DNA from: Octopus vulgaris
Lineage: Eukaryota
Direction of reading: 5' to 3'
NCBI GenBank assembly: GCA_951406725.2
Contig: OX597831.1
Location: forward strand, 30,814,001-30,878,000
Length of the DNA: 64,000 nt
The notes below the pieces were generated by a model. It searched no databases and was not told where the DNA came from. It was given only the letters and a program-made list of their open reading frames with translations. Positions 1-12,109 of this stretch are shown piece after piece. The translations under genes and the position numbers were made by a program. Within the stretch, counting starts at the first letter, position 1; every line of letters begins with the position of its first letter.

Positions 1-509
1 CATACGGTGACATGATGCACATTGTGCTAAAGGTTAATTGAGAATCGAAATATTTCAGTGGATTTCAATGTAGCACTGACATTCCGTCCTTCCATTCGAC
101 TAGCATTTAACAATGGCATCCATTATAGGGTTCGAGAATAATGGTTTTAAATAATGGGTTAGAGGCGTTCTGTCTAGCTAGACAAAACTAGCAAGACAGG
201 CTTCAAAACTGAAGGGAAGGAGAGAACAATCGATATGATCGCTTTCAGTCATTGCTTAGTACTTATTCGTATTGACTCTTCAAAGGATGCAGGATTAATT
301 TCATATTATATCGAAACAATGATGAAACGAATGTTTAAATGATGTGAGTTATTAATGACTTATAGGGACGCGGTATTTCGTCATGCAACCATAATATACT
401 ACAAAGTATATTAAAAGCTTTTCATTAGTCAATACTATGTTCTACTGTGTTAGCAGTGCACTTTACATTACTTATTAAGGTTATCTGAATATATACATAT
501 ATATATATA

Positions 510-775
510 TAGATATATAAAGTTAATCCAAACAAGAAAACAAAAAGACAACAACGCCAGGATGTGGAACAAATAAAGTATTATTGGGCGCTCAAGAAAG
601 AAGGGAAGAAGGAGGGTATGACGTTTCGAGCGGAGCTCTTCGTCGGAAACATAGGAGAAAGAAAGATTCCGAGGTGGGAGGACAGAGGGAAAAAAAATGC
701 AAGTGGTCTTCACGAGGTCACATACTGAAAAGGCGGAACTGGTAAAAAAGAAGGAGCAAGTTTTCAAAAACAGGA

Positions 776-777
<2 letters not shown>
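510..777 (-). mobile_element. Short (TA)n-flanked element (family I, Penelope pseudo-LTR-like) with hammerhead-like motif at 616-650
   Basis: Minus strand reads CCGACGA-A-GAGC-TCC-GCTC-GAAACGTC followed by a pyrimidine-rich tail into (TA)n; related to 20600-20775, 30960-31147 and the 52804-52841 motif. Confidence 0.55.
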
Positions 778-832
<55 letters not shown>

Positions 833-835
<3 letters not shown>

Positions 836-1047
836 TTTTCTACTCTAATTACAAGGCCCGAAACTTTTGGGGAGGTACCAGTCGATTAGATCGACCCCAA
901 TACGCAACTTGTACTTAATTTATCGACCCAGAAAGGATAAAAGGTAAAGTCTACCTCGGCAGAATTTGAACTCAGAACGTAATGATAGACGAAATACCGC
1001 TAAGCATTCCGCCTGGCGTGCTAATGTCTCTGCCATCTCGCCGCCTT
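833..1047 (-). mobile_element. SINE-B (tRNA-like head + Nin/Deu-like domain)
   Basis: Head AAGGCGGCGAGATGGCAGA, B box GAGTTCAAATTC, domain CCTTTTATCCTTTCTGGGTCGATAAATTAAGTAC. Confidence 0.85.
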
Positions 1048-1104
1048 ATATACACACATATACCTTTTCAATTCCATCAGTGCCTACGCATTTCATTTTT
1101 GTTC

Positions 1105-1437
1105 TATTATCTTTTACTTCCTTCGGTCATAAGACTGCGACCATGCTGGGGTACCAGTTTGAAGAACTTTTAGTCTAATGAATCGACCCCAGTGCCTATT
1201 TTTTGTTAAGCCTGATACTTAATCTATCGGTTCTTTTGCCGAAGCGCTAAAATGCGAAGACTGTAAACAAACCAACACCGGTTGTCAAGCGGTGGTGGGG
1301 GACAAACACAGACAATCTAATCACAATAACTTTGGTCGGCCCGGGGCTATAGTAGAAGATACTTGCCCAGTAGGACTGAACCTGGACCCATGAGGTCGCG
1401 AAGCAAGCTTCTTAACTACACAGGCACGCCAACGCCC
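1105..1437 (-). mobile_element. SINE-A, diverged, internally deleted
   Basis: Matches head, CORE-like GGGCAAGT segment and 3' tail of the young copies (e.g. 58324-58780). Confidence 0.75.
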
Positions 1438-1444
1438 AGTATGG

Positions 1445-1625
1445 ATTTCTAACACAGGTACAAGGTCTCACATTTTATAGAAGGGAACAGATGAATATAT
1501 CGACACCATTTTTGTCCGCCTCTTTACCTTATTTACCCCTGAGCTGTAAAAGACAAAATCGACCTTCGTGAGATTTTAATTCACAATGTCAACCTAAACC
1601 GAGCAGAGGGTTCCGATTCGGCCAA
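1445..1625 (-). mobile_element. SINE-B, old fragment
   Basis: Degenerate match to B tail and body (AAAGACAAAATCGACCTTCG). Confidence 0.5.
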
Positions 1626-1920
1626 GAATAAATTTACTACAAGTTCGGAAGAATTAAATATTTGTTAGTATATTCTTGTAGTACCTTACTTATCTATTTA
1701 TATTTATTTATTTATTTATTTATTTATTTATTGTAGTTCCTTAGCACCTAATGGCTGACGATAAGCCAGTGAATTGGTGCCAGAACATGTGAACATTCTT
1801 AAACGTCGTTATCAAAGAATACAACGCGAAAACTGTTTACACCGTTGCATTTTACCGTATCAAAACCATGTGGATACTAGACGAACGCTCTCCCCAGATA
1901 TCATATGCCAACAGCATATG

Positions 1921-1956
<36 letters not shown>

Positions 1957-2390
1957 GCGTAAGCAGCGATATTACATCAGAGCGACATGTCTACACCCAA
2001 AAGATAAAGAACACCAAGAGCACAAAATTAAGCGTAATCGGAAAAGGGACTGGGAGCATAAATTTAATTAAATGATAAGCTTGAAATACACGATATCCTT
2101 AGTTATAATTTATGTGTGTCCGTGTGTCCACGCACGCGAGTATATGTAAATAAATTTTGTTTAACTGTGCAGCTTGAAATTTCGCCACGGGCAGCCATCA
2201 GCTCTTTTCATCCAAAGGGGTTCTAAAATCTATTATTTCACACGCTATTGTCTATAACTCTATCAGCTTCGAGCTGCATGGTTAATAAACTGTTTACTTC
2301 ATATTTCTCGAAGTTTTAAAATTCTTATGATGTAAACAGATGCACACACACACACTCACACACACACATACACACACACACATATATATA

Positions 2391-2553
2391 TACAGTTTCC
2401 GTGTAACAAATCTACTCACAAGAATTTGGGCGGCTCAGAGCTATGGTAGAAAACAGCTGACTAAGGAACCATGCAGTGGAACTGAACCTACAACCATGTA
2501 GTTGAGAAGCAAGATTCTTACCACACAGCCACGCCCATACACCCCCACACACA

Positions 2554-2594
<41 letters not shown>

Positions 2595-2800
2595 GCACGC
2601 ACACACATATATACAGTTTCCGTGTAAGAAATCTACTCACAAGAATTTGGGCGGCTCAGAGCTATGGTAGAAAACAGTTGACTAAGGAACCATGCAGTGG
2701 AACTGAACATACAACCATGTAGTTGAGAAGCAAGGTTCTTACCACACAACCACGTCCATACACATCCCCCCCCACACACACACACAAACACACACACATG
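2391..2800 (-). mobile_element. Two tandem copies (period 221 bp) of a SINE-A 5' half plus (CA)n
   Basis: Units start at 2391 and 2612 and share private substitutions. Confidence 0.8.
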
Positions 2801-3206
2801 TTTCTAACAAGCTGTACGTGTAAACAAATGCTGGCAGAAATGTCCAATGCAACGAGAAACTACGAATAGAAACGGAGTTAATCATCAGACCGAACCTCAA
2901 TAGGTTGATTACAATTTCTTTCCAACTTACAAGCGCATGACTACATACACACACATATATATACATGATGCATATATATGTATGTGTTTATATATATATA
3001 TATGTATATATGTGTCTGTGCATGTATGCACATGCGTATATGTCTTTATTTGTTTTATATATATATATGCGTGTGTGTGAATATATATATATATGTGTGC
3101 GTGTGTGTATGTATAAATATATTCGCATTTGCGCTTATATGTATACATATGTGCGTGTGTGTATATATACATGCATGCTTATATATGAGTGTATATGTAT
3201 GTATAT

Positions 3207-3727
3207 ATAATAATAATGATGGTTGATCCTGTCGGTTTCGATGTATGAGTGTTTGAAGGAGAGGATTTAAAGTTAAACAGACGAATAGAAAGAAGGAAAA
3301 CGAAAGAGGAAAAACTAAGGAGCTGCATCTATTTGCTATGGAAGCATGAGTGTAATTTGAGTCCAGGTATGGCTTTTGCTACGAAGTTGGTGATTTTGAC
3401 TTTGCCTGGGATTGGGCAAGTGTATCTGTTGATTGTGAGAGCAGTTTTTCTGTTGTTCTTTTCTTTCAACTCAAATTGTTTGGATACATTGTGATGTCAA
3501 TGTAAGCCTCGGAGATTTTAATGATTGCTTCAACTTAGCCTTTTACCTAAAGAGAGGTCTTCCTTTGCCGCGGTATCTCTCCACTTGTTGGCCATACAGA
3601 ATACTTTTCGGAATGCGGTCATTTTTCATTCGAACATGTCCTACCCATCTGCATTGAATTCTCATCAGCATGCTTTGGATACTGGAGATATCACATCTTT
3701 CTAAGAATTTGGCATTGGATATAATGA
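3207..3727 (-). pseudogene. RTE-clade LINE 3' fragment (RT C-terminal region and 3' end)
   Basis: Minus-strand translation SNAKFLERCDISSIQSMLMRIQCRWVGHVRMKNDRIPKSILYGQQVERYRGKGRPLFR*KAKLKQSLKS fits the RTE motif RW.GHV.RM...RIPK..LYG...GRP..R.KD.LK; ends in an (ATT)n tail. Confidence 0.85.
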
Positions 3728-5133
3728 GTGTATATATATATATATAATATTAAGGTTTAGTTTCGTTGTTGTAATATATTACCGAACACATCAAGAGAAT
3801 TTTGACCGACAACTTCATATTACATCTGCAAATGAAATATTTTTATCGGTCAAAAATGGAGGACCATGCTGCACGTTTCAACTCTCTTCGCAATTTCATC
3901 AGCAGATGAAACTAATCTCAAAATGAATGTTTATAAATCCACTAATATTATTTACTAAAGTAAACTGGGGAGTCCAATTTGCATATTTACAATTCTCTTT
4001 GTTATTATTAAACTATTAGTATGTTAACAGCTTTTTATTACGTTGCTTTACTGCACTATAGCACATGTTTATAGTCTTTTAACGAATACTGTACATTCAA
4101 AAAAAAAAACTTCAAAATTACGCCTGTATACATTTCGCTTGTATATACACACACAATGTGTTCGCAGAGAGAAGAAAGAACACGCCTACATTTATATCCA
4201 TATATCAGCGCAAATAGCGAAGACTATGTCACAGATGTGTTCAATAAAATATTACAATTTTAACGAAATTTTATTAAATATCCAAACCAATGTTTTTGTC
4301 TTTTGTGAAATAAAATTAGAATAAATGTACGGGAACGTGATTTTATATATAGAACAGAAAGAGAAGAACATCATAAATAAACAGATCAATTCATCGATAA
4401 ATAGAGATAGATGAGTTAAGTACAAATCCTTGATCAATAAATAGTCGAAAACCGCAGTTGTGTGTGTGTACGTGTGTGTGCGTGTGTGTGTGTATTTGCG
4501 AGTTTGTGTTTATGTATTTCGTTTCTGTGGTAAGGTGTCGCAGCATTTGTGTTTGCGTGAGTAGATATCTGTGTGCGTATGTGTGTATAAAGAAGCATGT
4601 GCATCATAAACATACATACATTATATGCATGCATACATACATACCTACACGTGCTCCAGCATGACTGCAATCACATGGTCGAAGGGTATGAAAGCATACA
4701 AGAACACACACACACATACATATGTGGATATTTATATCCAAAGATAGATAGATAAATAGATAGACATACACACACATATATATGCATATACACACATACA
4801 CACATATACACATAATGTGTGCGTGTATGCGTTTATGCATGCATGTATGTACGTCTCCTCCCACAGAATTACAGATATGCGTGGGTGTGATATCTGGTGT
4901 ATATCTGTGAGTCTAGATTTTATAAACACATACAAATACTGTATATAATGTGGGCCTGCATGTTTACATATCCAAACATCTTTACATGCATTAAGTTAAA
5001 ACAATGTCATTCCATAAATGATAAAAGCCAATAACAACGAAGGCATTCATTTACACGCAGTCATATTGCACAGGTAGACACACTTCCGGCAAACACACAT
5101 GTATAGACATGTATACATATATATATATTTATT

Positions 5134-5164
<31 letters not shown>

Positions 5165-5567
5165 CTTTCTCTTTCTACTTGTTTCAGTCATTTTGACTGC
5201 GGCCATGCTGGAGCACCGCCTTTAATCGAGCAACTCGACCCCGGGACTTATTCTTTGTAAGCCCAGTACCTATTCTATCGGTCTCTTTTGCCGAACCGCT
5301 AAGAGACGGGGACATAAGCACATCGGTTGTCAAGCAATGCTAGGGGGACAAACACAGACACACAAACATATACACACACATACATATATATATATATACA
5401 TATATACGACGGGCTTCTTTCAGTTTCCGTCTACCAAATCCACTCACAAGGCTCTGGTCGGCCCGAGGCTATAGTAGAAGACACTTGCCCAAGGTGCCAC
5501 GCAGTGGGACTGAACCCGGAACCATGTGGTTGGTAAACAAGCTACTTACCACACAGCCACTCCTGCG

Positions 5568-5570
<3 letters not shown>
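5165..5570 (-). mobile_element. SINE-A, full length, young
   Basis: A box TGGCTGTGTGG, B box GGTTCAGTCCC, CCTTGGGCAAGT CORE-like segment, internal (TA)/(TG) tract, tail GACTGAAACAAGTAGAAAGAG. Confidence 0.92.
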
Positions 5571-5635
<65 letters not shown>

Positions 5636-5650
5636 CAGGTGTGTGGTGGG

Positions 5651-5855
5651 GGTTTCCAAATTTTGGTACAAGGCCATTAATTTCGGAAAGTCGACTACAT
5701 CGACCCCAACGCTCAGCTGGTACTTATTTCGTTAACCACTTTAGAATGAATGGCTAAGTCGACCTCGGTGGAATTTAAACTCAGAACATAAAGACGGACA
5801 AAATGGTGCTAAGCATTTGGGCCAGCGCGGTAACTAATCTGCAAGCTCGCCGCCC
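5651..5855 (-). mobile_element. SINE-B
   Basis: Head, B box and diverged Nin/Deu-like domain. Confidence 0.8.
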
Positions 5856-6127
5856 TTGTCTATGATCAAAACAATTTTACATTGAACTGAAGGATTACTC
5901 ATCATTTTTGCAGGAGTATTCTTTAACAGGAATTGTGTTGACAGTCACTTAGACGTTTCGGCCTCCTAAGCTATCATCGGACTATGGTACATTTGAGTTC
6001 ATCATGGTTGTATATAGTCTCTGTTAGGTAAAAATGTTCTGAGGTAGATTTATGTTTGTGAGTGCGTGTGTGTTTGTGTGTGCGGCGCGCGCGCGCGAGT
6101 CTGTAACTATGTGTGTATGTCTGAACT

Positions 6128-6191
<64 letters not shown>

Positions 6192-6194
6192 TGT

Positions 6195-6417
6195 GTCTGT
6201 GTTTGCGTTTGTGTTTCTTCTCCATCACCGCTTGACAACCTGTGTTGTTATGTTTATGTCCTCGTAACATAGCTGTTTGATAAAAGCGACCGATAGAATA
6301 AGTAATAGCTTTCAAAGAAAAAAAAATGAAACTGGAGTCGATTCGACTAAAAATTTTCGAGTAGGTGCTCCAGCATGGCCGCAGTCAAATGACTGAAAGA
6401 ACTGGAACAAGTAAAAG

Positions 6418-6420
<3 letters not shown>
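6195..6420 (+). mobile_element. SINE-A 3' half
   Basis: CGCTTGACAACC...GGTGCTCCAGCATGGCCGCAGTCAAATGACTGAAA. Confidence 0.8.
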
Positions 6421-6458
<38 letters not shown>

Positions 6459-6464
6459 CTGATT

Positions 6465-6517
<53 letters not shown>

Positions 6518-6723
6518 CACACGTATAGACATATGTACTTTAATACATAGACAACAAACTCATAAACACAGAACACGCATGCACACACACACATACACAC
6601 AACACACACACACACATGTACACCTCCAAATGTGCGAACCAACCACAGTCACTCAAACATATCCAGTACCCATAAGCGCACACATCTACACAGGCGCACA
6701 TGCACACACACACATACAACACC

Positions 6724-6853
6724 ACCGAGATCAACTTCGCCTTTCATCCTTTCGTGGTCGATAAATTAAGTACCAGTAAAACACTGAGGTCAATGTAATC
6801 TGCTGGTCCCTTCCCCCAAAATGTAAGGCCTTATGCCTATAGTTGAAAGGATT
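6724..6853 (+). mobile_element. SINE-B, 5'-truncated
   Basis: GCCTTTCATCCTTTCGTGGTCGATAAATTAAGTACCAG domain plus tail. Confidence 0.8.
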
Positions 6854-7096
6854 CAGAGTGGTTGAAAGAAAACGGGTGCCTGCCTGAGGTGCAGACCAGG
6901 ATGTGTCTATTACTATTCGTTGGTCCTGGGTGGAACTTATTAAGAAATTTAGTTTTTTAGAATTTTCTTCTTGACTGTCATTATTTTATCATTTACTCGA
7001 TTTTTGTGATAAACCCCACTTGTCCCTTATTTTGAACTGTCGCTCTTTATTGTTGTGTTCGGTTCAGCCCTTGTGGCCAATAAAGAAACGGATTTT

Positions 7097-7097
7097 T

Positions 7098-7128
<31 letters not shown>

Positions 7129-7216
7129 CTATTATTATTATTATTACTATTATTATTATTATTATTATCATTATTATTATTATTATTATCATTATTATTA
7201 TTACTATTATTATTAC

Positions 7217-7252
<36 letters not shown>

Positions 7253-7357
7253 TATTATTACTATTATTATTACTATTATTATTATTACTATTATTATTAT
7301 TATTATTATTACTATTATTATTATTATTACTATTACTATTATTATTATTACTACTAC

Positions 7358-7423
<66 letters not shown>

Positions 7424-7578
7424 TATTATTATTATTATTCAGTAGTTTTATTTTTATAGCGTGCTTTCACTTCACTACCGAGCGCAGCTCTGTGTGCCTT
7501 GGGTATGTGCTGTGATTTGTTGTGATGCTCTGATGGTTATTGTATGGATATTATTATTACTATTATTATTATTATTAC

Positions 7579-7624
<46 letters not shown>

Positions 7625-7665
7625 GTTATTGTTATTATTATCATCATCATCATCATCATCATCAT
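7097..7665. repeat. Long (ATT/ACT)n microsatellite ending in (CAT)n, interrupted at 7440-7549
   Basis: Direct reading. Confidence 0.95.
7440..7549 (-). mobile_element. Probable 3' end of a (TAA)n-targeting R4/Dong-like retroelement
   Basis: 110 bp of complex sequence with (TAA)n on both sides; minus strand begins TCC ATA CAA TAA and ends AATAAAACTACTG-(AAT)n. Confidence 0.5.
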
Positions 7666-7929
7666 TTTAATTTTTTTTTTCTTGACATTAAATTCCTCGA
7701 TCTTCGGTTTTTCTGCTATTTGATATTTCTTCGCTTCGCTATTCAAACTATTGTTTGTTGTTGTTGTTCTTGTTCTTTTTTTTCTTTTTTTTTTTTTTTT
7801 GCTTAGTAATTCTTCCAATTATCCATTCCTTCTTTCATCTTCTATTCCTTCCGCTTATCTTCGTTGATGATATTGATGTTGTGGTGTCTGGTCTGCGTTT
7901 TTCGACTCCTCCACCTGCCCATTCTCCTC

Positions 7930-8122
7930 CTACTACTACTACCACTATTACTACTTGCTTTACCAAAATCACCACCACCACCACCACCACCACCACCACC
8001 ACCACTATCTCAGTTACCATCATCGCCACCAATGCCGCTGATTCTACTATTGCTACTACTGTCACTACTACCAAGGGCACCGTCGCCGCCGCTGCCGCTA
8101 CTACTACTACTTTTACTACTAG

Positions 8123-8156
<34 letters not shown>

Positions 8157-8368
8157 ACAACAATAACAGCAACAACAACTACTACTACTACTACTATTAC
8201 TACTACTACTACTACTACTATTACTACTACTACTACTACTACTGCTGCTGCTACTAATACTACTAATTCTCTACTACTACTAATAGTAGTACTGCTGCTA
8301 CTGCTGTTGCTATTAATACTACTAATTTTCTACTACTACTACTACTACTACTACTGTTGCTGCTGCTG

Positions 8369-8412
<44 letters not shown>

Positions 8413-8631
8413 GTTATTTTACATGCTACTGTTACAACTGTTATTTTAGTTGTCGCTGTTGCTAGGCGTTTTTTTGTGTGTGCGTGTGCGCGCATGTGTG
8501 TGCGTGTGTGTGTGCGTGTGTGTGTGCGTGTGTGTGCGTATGTGTATGTGTTTGTGTGTGGTGATGGGGAGACTTGTTATTTCCCACTCCTTCCTGTATA
8601 TTTCGGTGTTTTTATTACAAATTTACTTGTA

Positions 8632-8671
<40 letters not shown>

Positions 8672-8906
8672 TGTAAGTGTATGTGTGTAAGGGCATGTAT
8701 GTATTTATGTGTGTGTGTGTGTGTGTGTATGTGTGTAAGGACATGTATGTAGTTATGTGTGCATGTGTGTGTGTGTGTGTGTGTGTTTGTGTAAGTGTAT
8801 GTGTGTAACGGCATGTATGTATTTATGTGTGCATGTGTGTATGTGTGTGTGTGTGTGTGTGTGAGTGTGTGTGTGTGTGTGTGTGTATGTGTGTGTGTGT
8901 GTGTGT
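7930..8906. repeat. Compound (ACC/ACT/GCT)n then (GT)n-rich low-complexity tract
   Basis: Direct reading. Confidence 0.9.
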
Positions 8907-9650
8907 TACTTAACTGATATTATTACTTCCATCATTGGAAATAATTTAATTATTTTAATGCAACCAAAAGACCAATTTATTAGTATTTATTTATTTTCAT
9001 CGTCTCTTTTTTTTTTATTATTATTTTATATATTTATAGTATCTGTTTCTGACTAAAATATTCTGGAATAATCAATAATTAGTTGGCAATTCTTCTGTTT
9101 TCAACAAATATCAAACGCTGTTGCATTACTTGATGTAGTTTCAGGTTCAAACCAAACCGTAAAACATCGATTGTTTTATGGGAAATTACGTTTAAATCAC
9201 ACCAGAATTTAATTAGAAAATTAATTTCAATTGCCACCAACTGTTTTAGTCATTCATTTTGTTTCTTTATTTCTTTTTTTTTTTTGTTTTGCAACTTAAT
9301 TCTTTTTTATTTTATTTTTTAATCATTTTTTAATCATATGGAGACGTTTATTTGTTTCCAATTAAGATGAAAATTACTTAATCCTTCTCTCCGACTGATA
9401 ATGAGTAAGGGCAATCTATCTTGCGTTGTTTAATAATGGAGGAAATAAATTATGTTCGGAATTCGAAAACTGCTGATGTTGCGATTTGTCTTTCATGCGT
9501 TTAGTCTTGACATAATTCATTCTTCTTTTAGTCCTAAGGATTGAAATTCTTGTATAATTTTTTTTTTTGGGGGTAGGTGAGGGGAGGAACAATTCGATTT
9601 CATTGACTCTAGTGCTCAACTGTTACTTATATTTATCAAACCCGAAAAGT

Positions 9651-9934
9651 TTGTTCCTTCTCGAGCCATGCTTGGCTCGATGTTAGTGAGTTTCCCGGTT
9701 TCATTGGCGTATAGGTTCCCCACCTTTGGACGAGACGCCGGTCCGTCGCAGGTGAGCTTAAGATGCGAGGAAAGACGGAGAGAAGGTTGTGGCGAAAGAG
9801 TCAGCAGAAATTCGCCATTACCTTCTGCCAGAGCTATGCGTGGAGCAGGTGTTTCGCTTCAAAAGTCACATCGCCCGGTCTGAGATTGGAACCCGCGAGT
9901 CCGCTGCTCTAACCACCAGGTTATGTGCCTCCAC
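9651..9934 (-). mobile_element. SINE-C2, diverged, inserted into an old SINE-B
   Basis: Head GTGGAGGCACATAACCTGGTGGTTAGAGCAGCGGACTCGCGG, tail CCTGCGACGGACCGGCGTCTCGTCCA...GAAACCGGGAAAC; B sequence on both flanks with degenerate AAACCCRAA duplication. Confidence 0.75.
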
Positions 9935-10021
9935 AAACCCAAATAGACTAAAGGCAAATTCGACTTCAAAAATACTGCTGATGTTGCATTTTGTCTTTCA
10001 TAATTTTAGGTTTGATATGAT

Positions 10022-10236
10022 TCATTCTATTATAGTGACAAGGCCGGAAATTCGTCATTTTGTAGGGACGAGGGCGGAAGCTATTCGATTTCATGACTTC
10101 CAGTGCCCCAACCCGAAAAGATTAAAGACAAAGTCGACCTCGACAGTGTTTGAACTCAGAATGCAAACAGCCGGAATAAATACCGTAAGACATTTTTCAA
10201 TGACGTTGTTAACAATTCTGCCAGTTCACTGCCTTC
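10022..10236 (-). mobile_element. SINE-B, older copy
   Basis: AAAGACAAAGTCGACCTCGACAGTGTTTGAACTCAGAA. Confidence 0.75.
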
Positions 10237-10253
10237 AGGTTTATTTAAAATAA

Positions 10254-10471
10254 TTATTTCTACTCTAGGCACAAGACCCTGAAAATTTGGGGGAAGGGGA
10301 CTAGTCGATTACATCGACCCCAGTGTTTCTCTGGTACTTGATTTATAGACCATGAAAGGAAGAAGGTCAAAGTAGACCTCGACGGAATTTGAACTCAGAA
10401 CCCAATAGCGGACAAAATAGTGCTAAGCTTTTCCTTCGGCGTGCTAACGAATCTGCCAACTCGCCGCCTTC
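10254..10471 (-). mobile_element. SINE-B with 16-bp flanking duplication
   Basis: GGTTTATTTAAAATAA at 10238-10253 and 10472-10487. Confidence 0.85.
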
Positions 10472-10592
10472 GGTTTATTTAAAATAACAATAATCAAGAG
10501 TAGGGTTAGACATAATAATCCTCGATTCCCTCTCTCTCATGTAAAGCATTATATCTAGGTTAGAAACCATTACTAGTATTATTATTAATGTG

Positions 10593-10935
10593 AGGGCGGC
10601 GAACTGGCAGAATCGTTAGCACGCCGGGCGAAATGCTTAGCAGTATTTCGTCTGCCGTTACGTTCTGAGTTCAAATTCCGTCGAGGTCGACTTTGCCTTC
10701 CATCCTTTCGGGGTCGATTAAATAAGTACCAGTTACGCACTGGGATCGATATAATCGAGTTAATCCGTTTGTCTTCCCTTGTTTGTCCCCTCTGTGTATA
10801 GCCCCTTGGGGGTAGTAAAGAAATAGGTATTTCGTCTGCCGCTACGTTCTGAGTTCAAATTCCGCCGAAGTCAACTTTCCATTGCATCCTTTCAGGACTA
10901 TAAATTAAGCACTAGTTGAGGATTGGGGTCGATGT
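10593..10935 (+). mobile_element. SINE-B, head + one unit + partial second 184-bp unit
   Basis: Junction AAAGAAATA|GGTATTTCGTC at 10826. Confidence 0.9.
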
Positions 10936-11491
10936 TAGTGATATTTGTAGATCATTGCAAAGAAATAACTTTGTGTAGCAACTGCCAGGCTTTTAGAGCA
11001 ATAGTTAAGACCGAGTAAAGACGGAAAGAGTTAAGCTTTTGCAGAACAAAATTTGATTATATTTAGAGAGCTATGCACAGCAACTTTGTTCAAAAGTCTT
11101 TAGCATCGTGTATGGTATTACGATGAAACCATAGAACAGTTCTCATTTAAGTTCCACAGAGAAATCACAAGTCACAATGTATACGGATCGAGTTGAAATT
11201 TCACAGTACCTCTGCTGCTATTTCCGCTGTTATTACATCATCAGACGTTTAGCCAGATTACATTTCGGATCAATTTCTTTAAAACAAATTATATTCATTC
11301 TGGTGCCTACAACATCACGTGACCTCACTCTTCTGCTGAGCAATCATAATTTTTGATCAGTTTATAAAAATATTTTTCTCTAGTGCGAAGGGGACAGATT
11401 CCAGAACTATTTCTGGAAGTATGTTACGGTGGCAGTCTATATGTGTGCGCGCGTACCAATACATATGTATATATGTGCATATGTGTGTGTA

Positions 11492-11550
<59 letters not shown>

Positions 11551-11913
11551 GGTGTTTTCTTATGAGTCAGTTTCCTGGCTGTGCCGTGTTGATGGTGTAT
11601 ATTATGTCACAAGAAATTTTTGAAGAAAAATTTCTGATAAGCTTTTAGGGTGGAAAAAGGAATTAAAACAAAAGATAAAAACAAAAAAAAAACACCAACA
11701 TAGTTTGTGAAATGTGAGGGAGTGTGTGTATATGTGTGTGTGAGTGATTCAATGACTGTGTGCGTTTGTGTATTTATGTATGTATGTATGTGTACAAGTG
11801 TTAGAGAGCGAGGACGTGAAGTTCACTTAAATTGTAGCTGCGTTATCTTTGGTGGATCCAAAGAGCAAACGAGAACTGATTGCAGGAATGCATTTTACAT
11901 TTGGCTGTCGTAG

Positions 11914-12060
11914 CGGTGGTGGTGGTGGTGGTGGTGGTGGTGGTGGTGGTGGTGGTGGTGGTGTTGGTGGTGGTGGTGTTGGTGGTGGTGGTGGTGGTGG
12001 TGGTGTTGGTGGTGGTGGTGGTGGTGGTGGTGGTGGTGGTGGTGGTGTTGGTGGTGGTGG

Positions 12061-12109
<49 letters not shown>

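Noticed and set aside
1750-1795. Further CTGANGA-containing sites (also ~11220-11252, ~15705-15737, ~29680-29720, ~30037-30070, ~35251, ~47315-47352)
   Set aside because: Each lacks GAAA, the UH triplet or helix I; too degenerate to separate from chance.
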